A stretch of DNA of 64,000 bases, taken from positions 315,788 to 379,787 of the forward strand of contig NC_092676.1 in the NCBI RefSeq assembly GCF_964355755.1, in the 5' to 3' direction. The DNA comes from Antedon mediterranea (Eukaryota > Animalia > Echinodermata). The notes under the pieces are model-generated. The model saw only the letters and a program-made list of their open reading frames with translations. It was not told the DNA's origin and ran no database searches. Shown in pieces: positions 63,369 through 64,000 of the stretch. The position numbers were made by a program, and so were the translations under genes. Position 1 is the first letter of the stretch, and the number at the start of each line of letters is the position of its first letter.

Positions 63369-63502
63369 ATGTCACAACTCAAGACATCCAATAGACTAGA
63401 TGGCAGCAAGATGACACGGTCTGGAGATAGTGTGACATATGAGGATGTGCTTGTTGCGCAATATCTTGAGGAACTTAAGAAACAGGGAAGCACTAAGAAA
63501 AG
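63369..63502 (+). CDS. Possible first coding exon of an unidentified gene continuing beyond the window
   Basis: GC-richer open stretch MSQLKTSNRLDGSKMTRSGDSVTYEDVLVAQYLEELKKQGSTKK ending AAG|GTTTGT, preceded by a T-rich tract and AG at ~63358; no family recognised. Confidence 0.4.
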
Positions 63503-63589
63503 GTTTGTTGATTCACCTAATATAGAATAACTATGCCTGTGGAATAACTATACCTATATGGAACAAATATACTATATATGTAATAAGTA

Positions 63590-63755
63590 CAGTCAACTCT
63601 CCCAATACTGTACTGTCCTTGACATCTAAAAGGTCCTACCGTAAATTCATTTTTACCATTAAAAAACATTCTGAATGCCAGAAAAAAAAAACATTCTGGA
63701 AAACTAGACACACATAGGCCAGCCTAAAGGTGTCCAGTATTGGGAGAGTTGACTG
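63590..63755. mobile_element. Tc1/mariner-type MITE
   Basis: TA|CAGTCAACTCTCCCAATACTG ... CAGTATTGGGAGAGTTGACTG|TA: perfect 21-bp TIRs and TA TSD. Confidence 0.85.
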
Positions 63756-64000
63756 TATACTATATGAAAACAGTACACAAAAAGGGAATTATATGCTTTA
63801 TATACAAATAATTTTGGAGTTGCAATTATTTAAATTTGTTTATTGGCAGCTAGTGCACTGTAGCTTGACCACAACGTGTGTAACTACATAGAACTAAAGG
63901 CTTGTTTTGTTGATGTATTCAACCAGCATAGTAACAATACAATAACATACAATTCCTACAATGCAGTCCATATAAAAATGAAAAATTCTTTAAAATAGTG

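Overview
AT-rich, intron-containing animal genomic DNA; an invertebrate deuterostome such as an echinoderm is plausible but is only an inference. Six spliced + strand genes were reconstructed by hand with consistent GT-AG phases: (1) a Delta/Notch-ligand-like membrane protein (C2/MNNL, DSL, 3 EGF, Thr-rich stalk, TM, Tyr-motif tail), 5'-truncated by the window; (2) a small XYPP-repeat Pro/Gly protein with a poly-Ser/Lys-His tail; (3) a KIAA0930 homolog; (4) RNF25 with a long repeat-bearing tail ending in PPPGF; (5) an ETV6/Tel-like ETS factor; (6) UBE2M/Ubc12. A possible seventh gene starts near 63.4 kb. Introns carry many minisatellites, an 8.3-kb 51-bp satellite with higher-order structure, MITEs (some nested), LINE relics, a tRNA-derived SINE and a degenerate hammerhead. 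The most striking signal is that in two unrelated genes (KIAA0930, UBE2M) the exon 3' end plus its 5' splice site (CAG|GTAAGACA) has been amplified into tandem arrays of 20 and 9 donors, most units reading GT...CAG like a mini-intron. Other leads are a phased array of ETS sites inside the ETV6-like gene, a 24-bp P-element-like footprint, and a candidate 9-nt microexon. All calls are from reading the sequence; no database searches were run.
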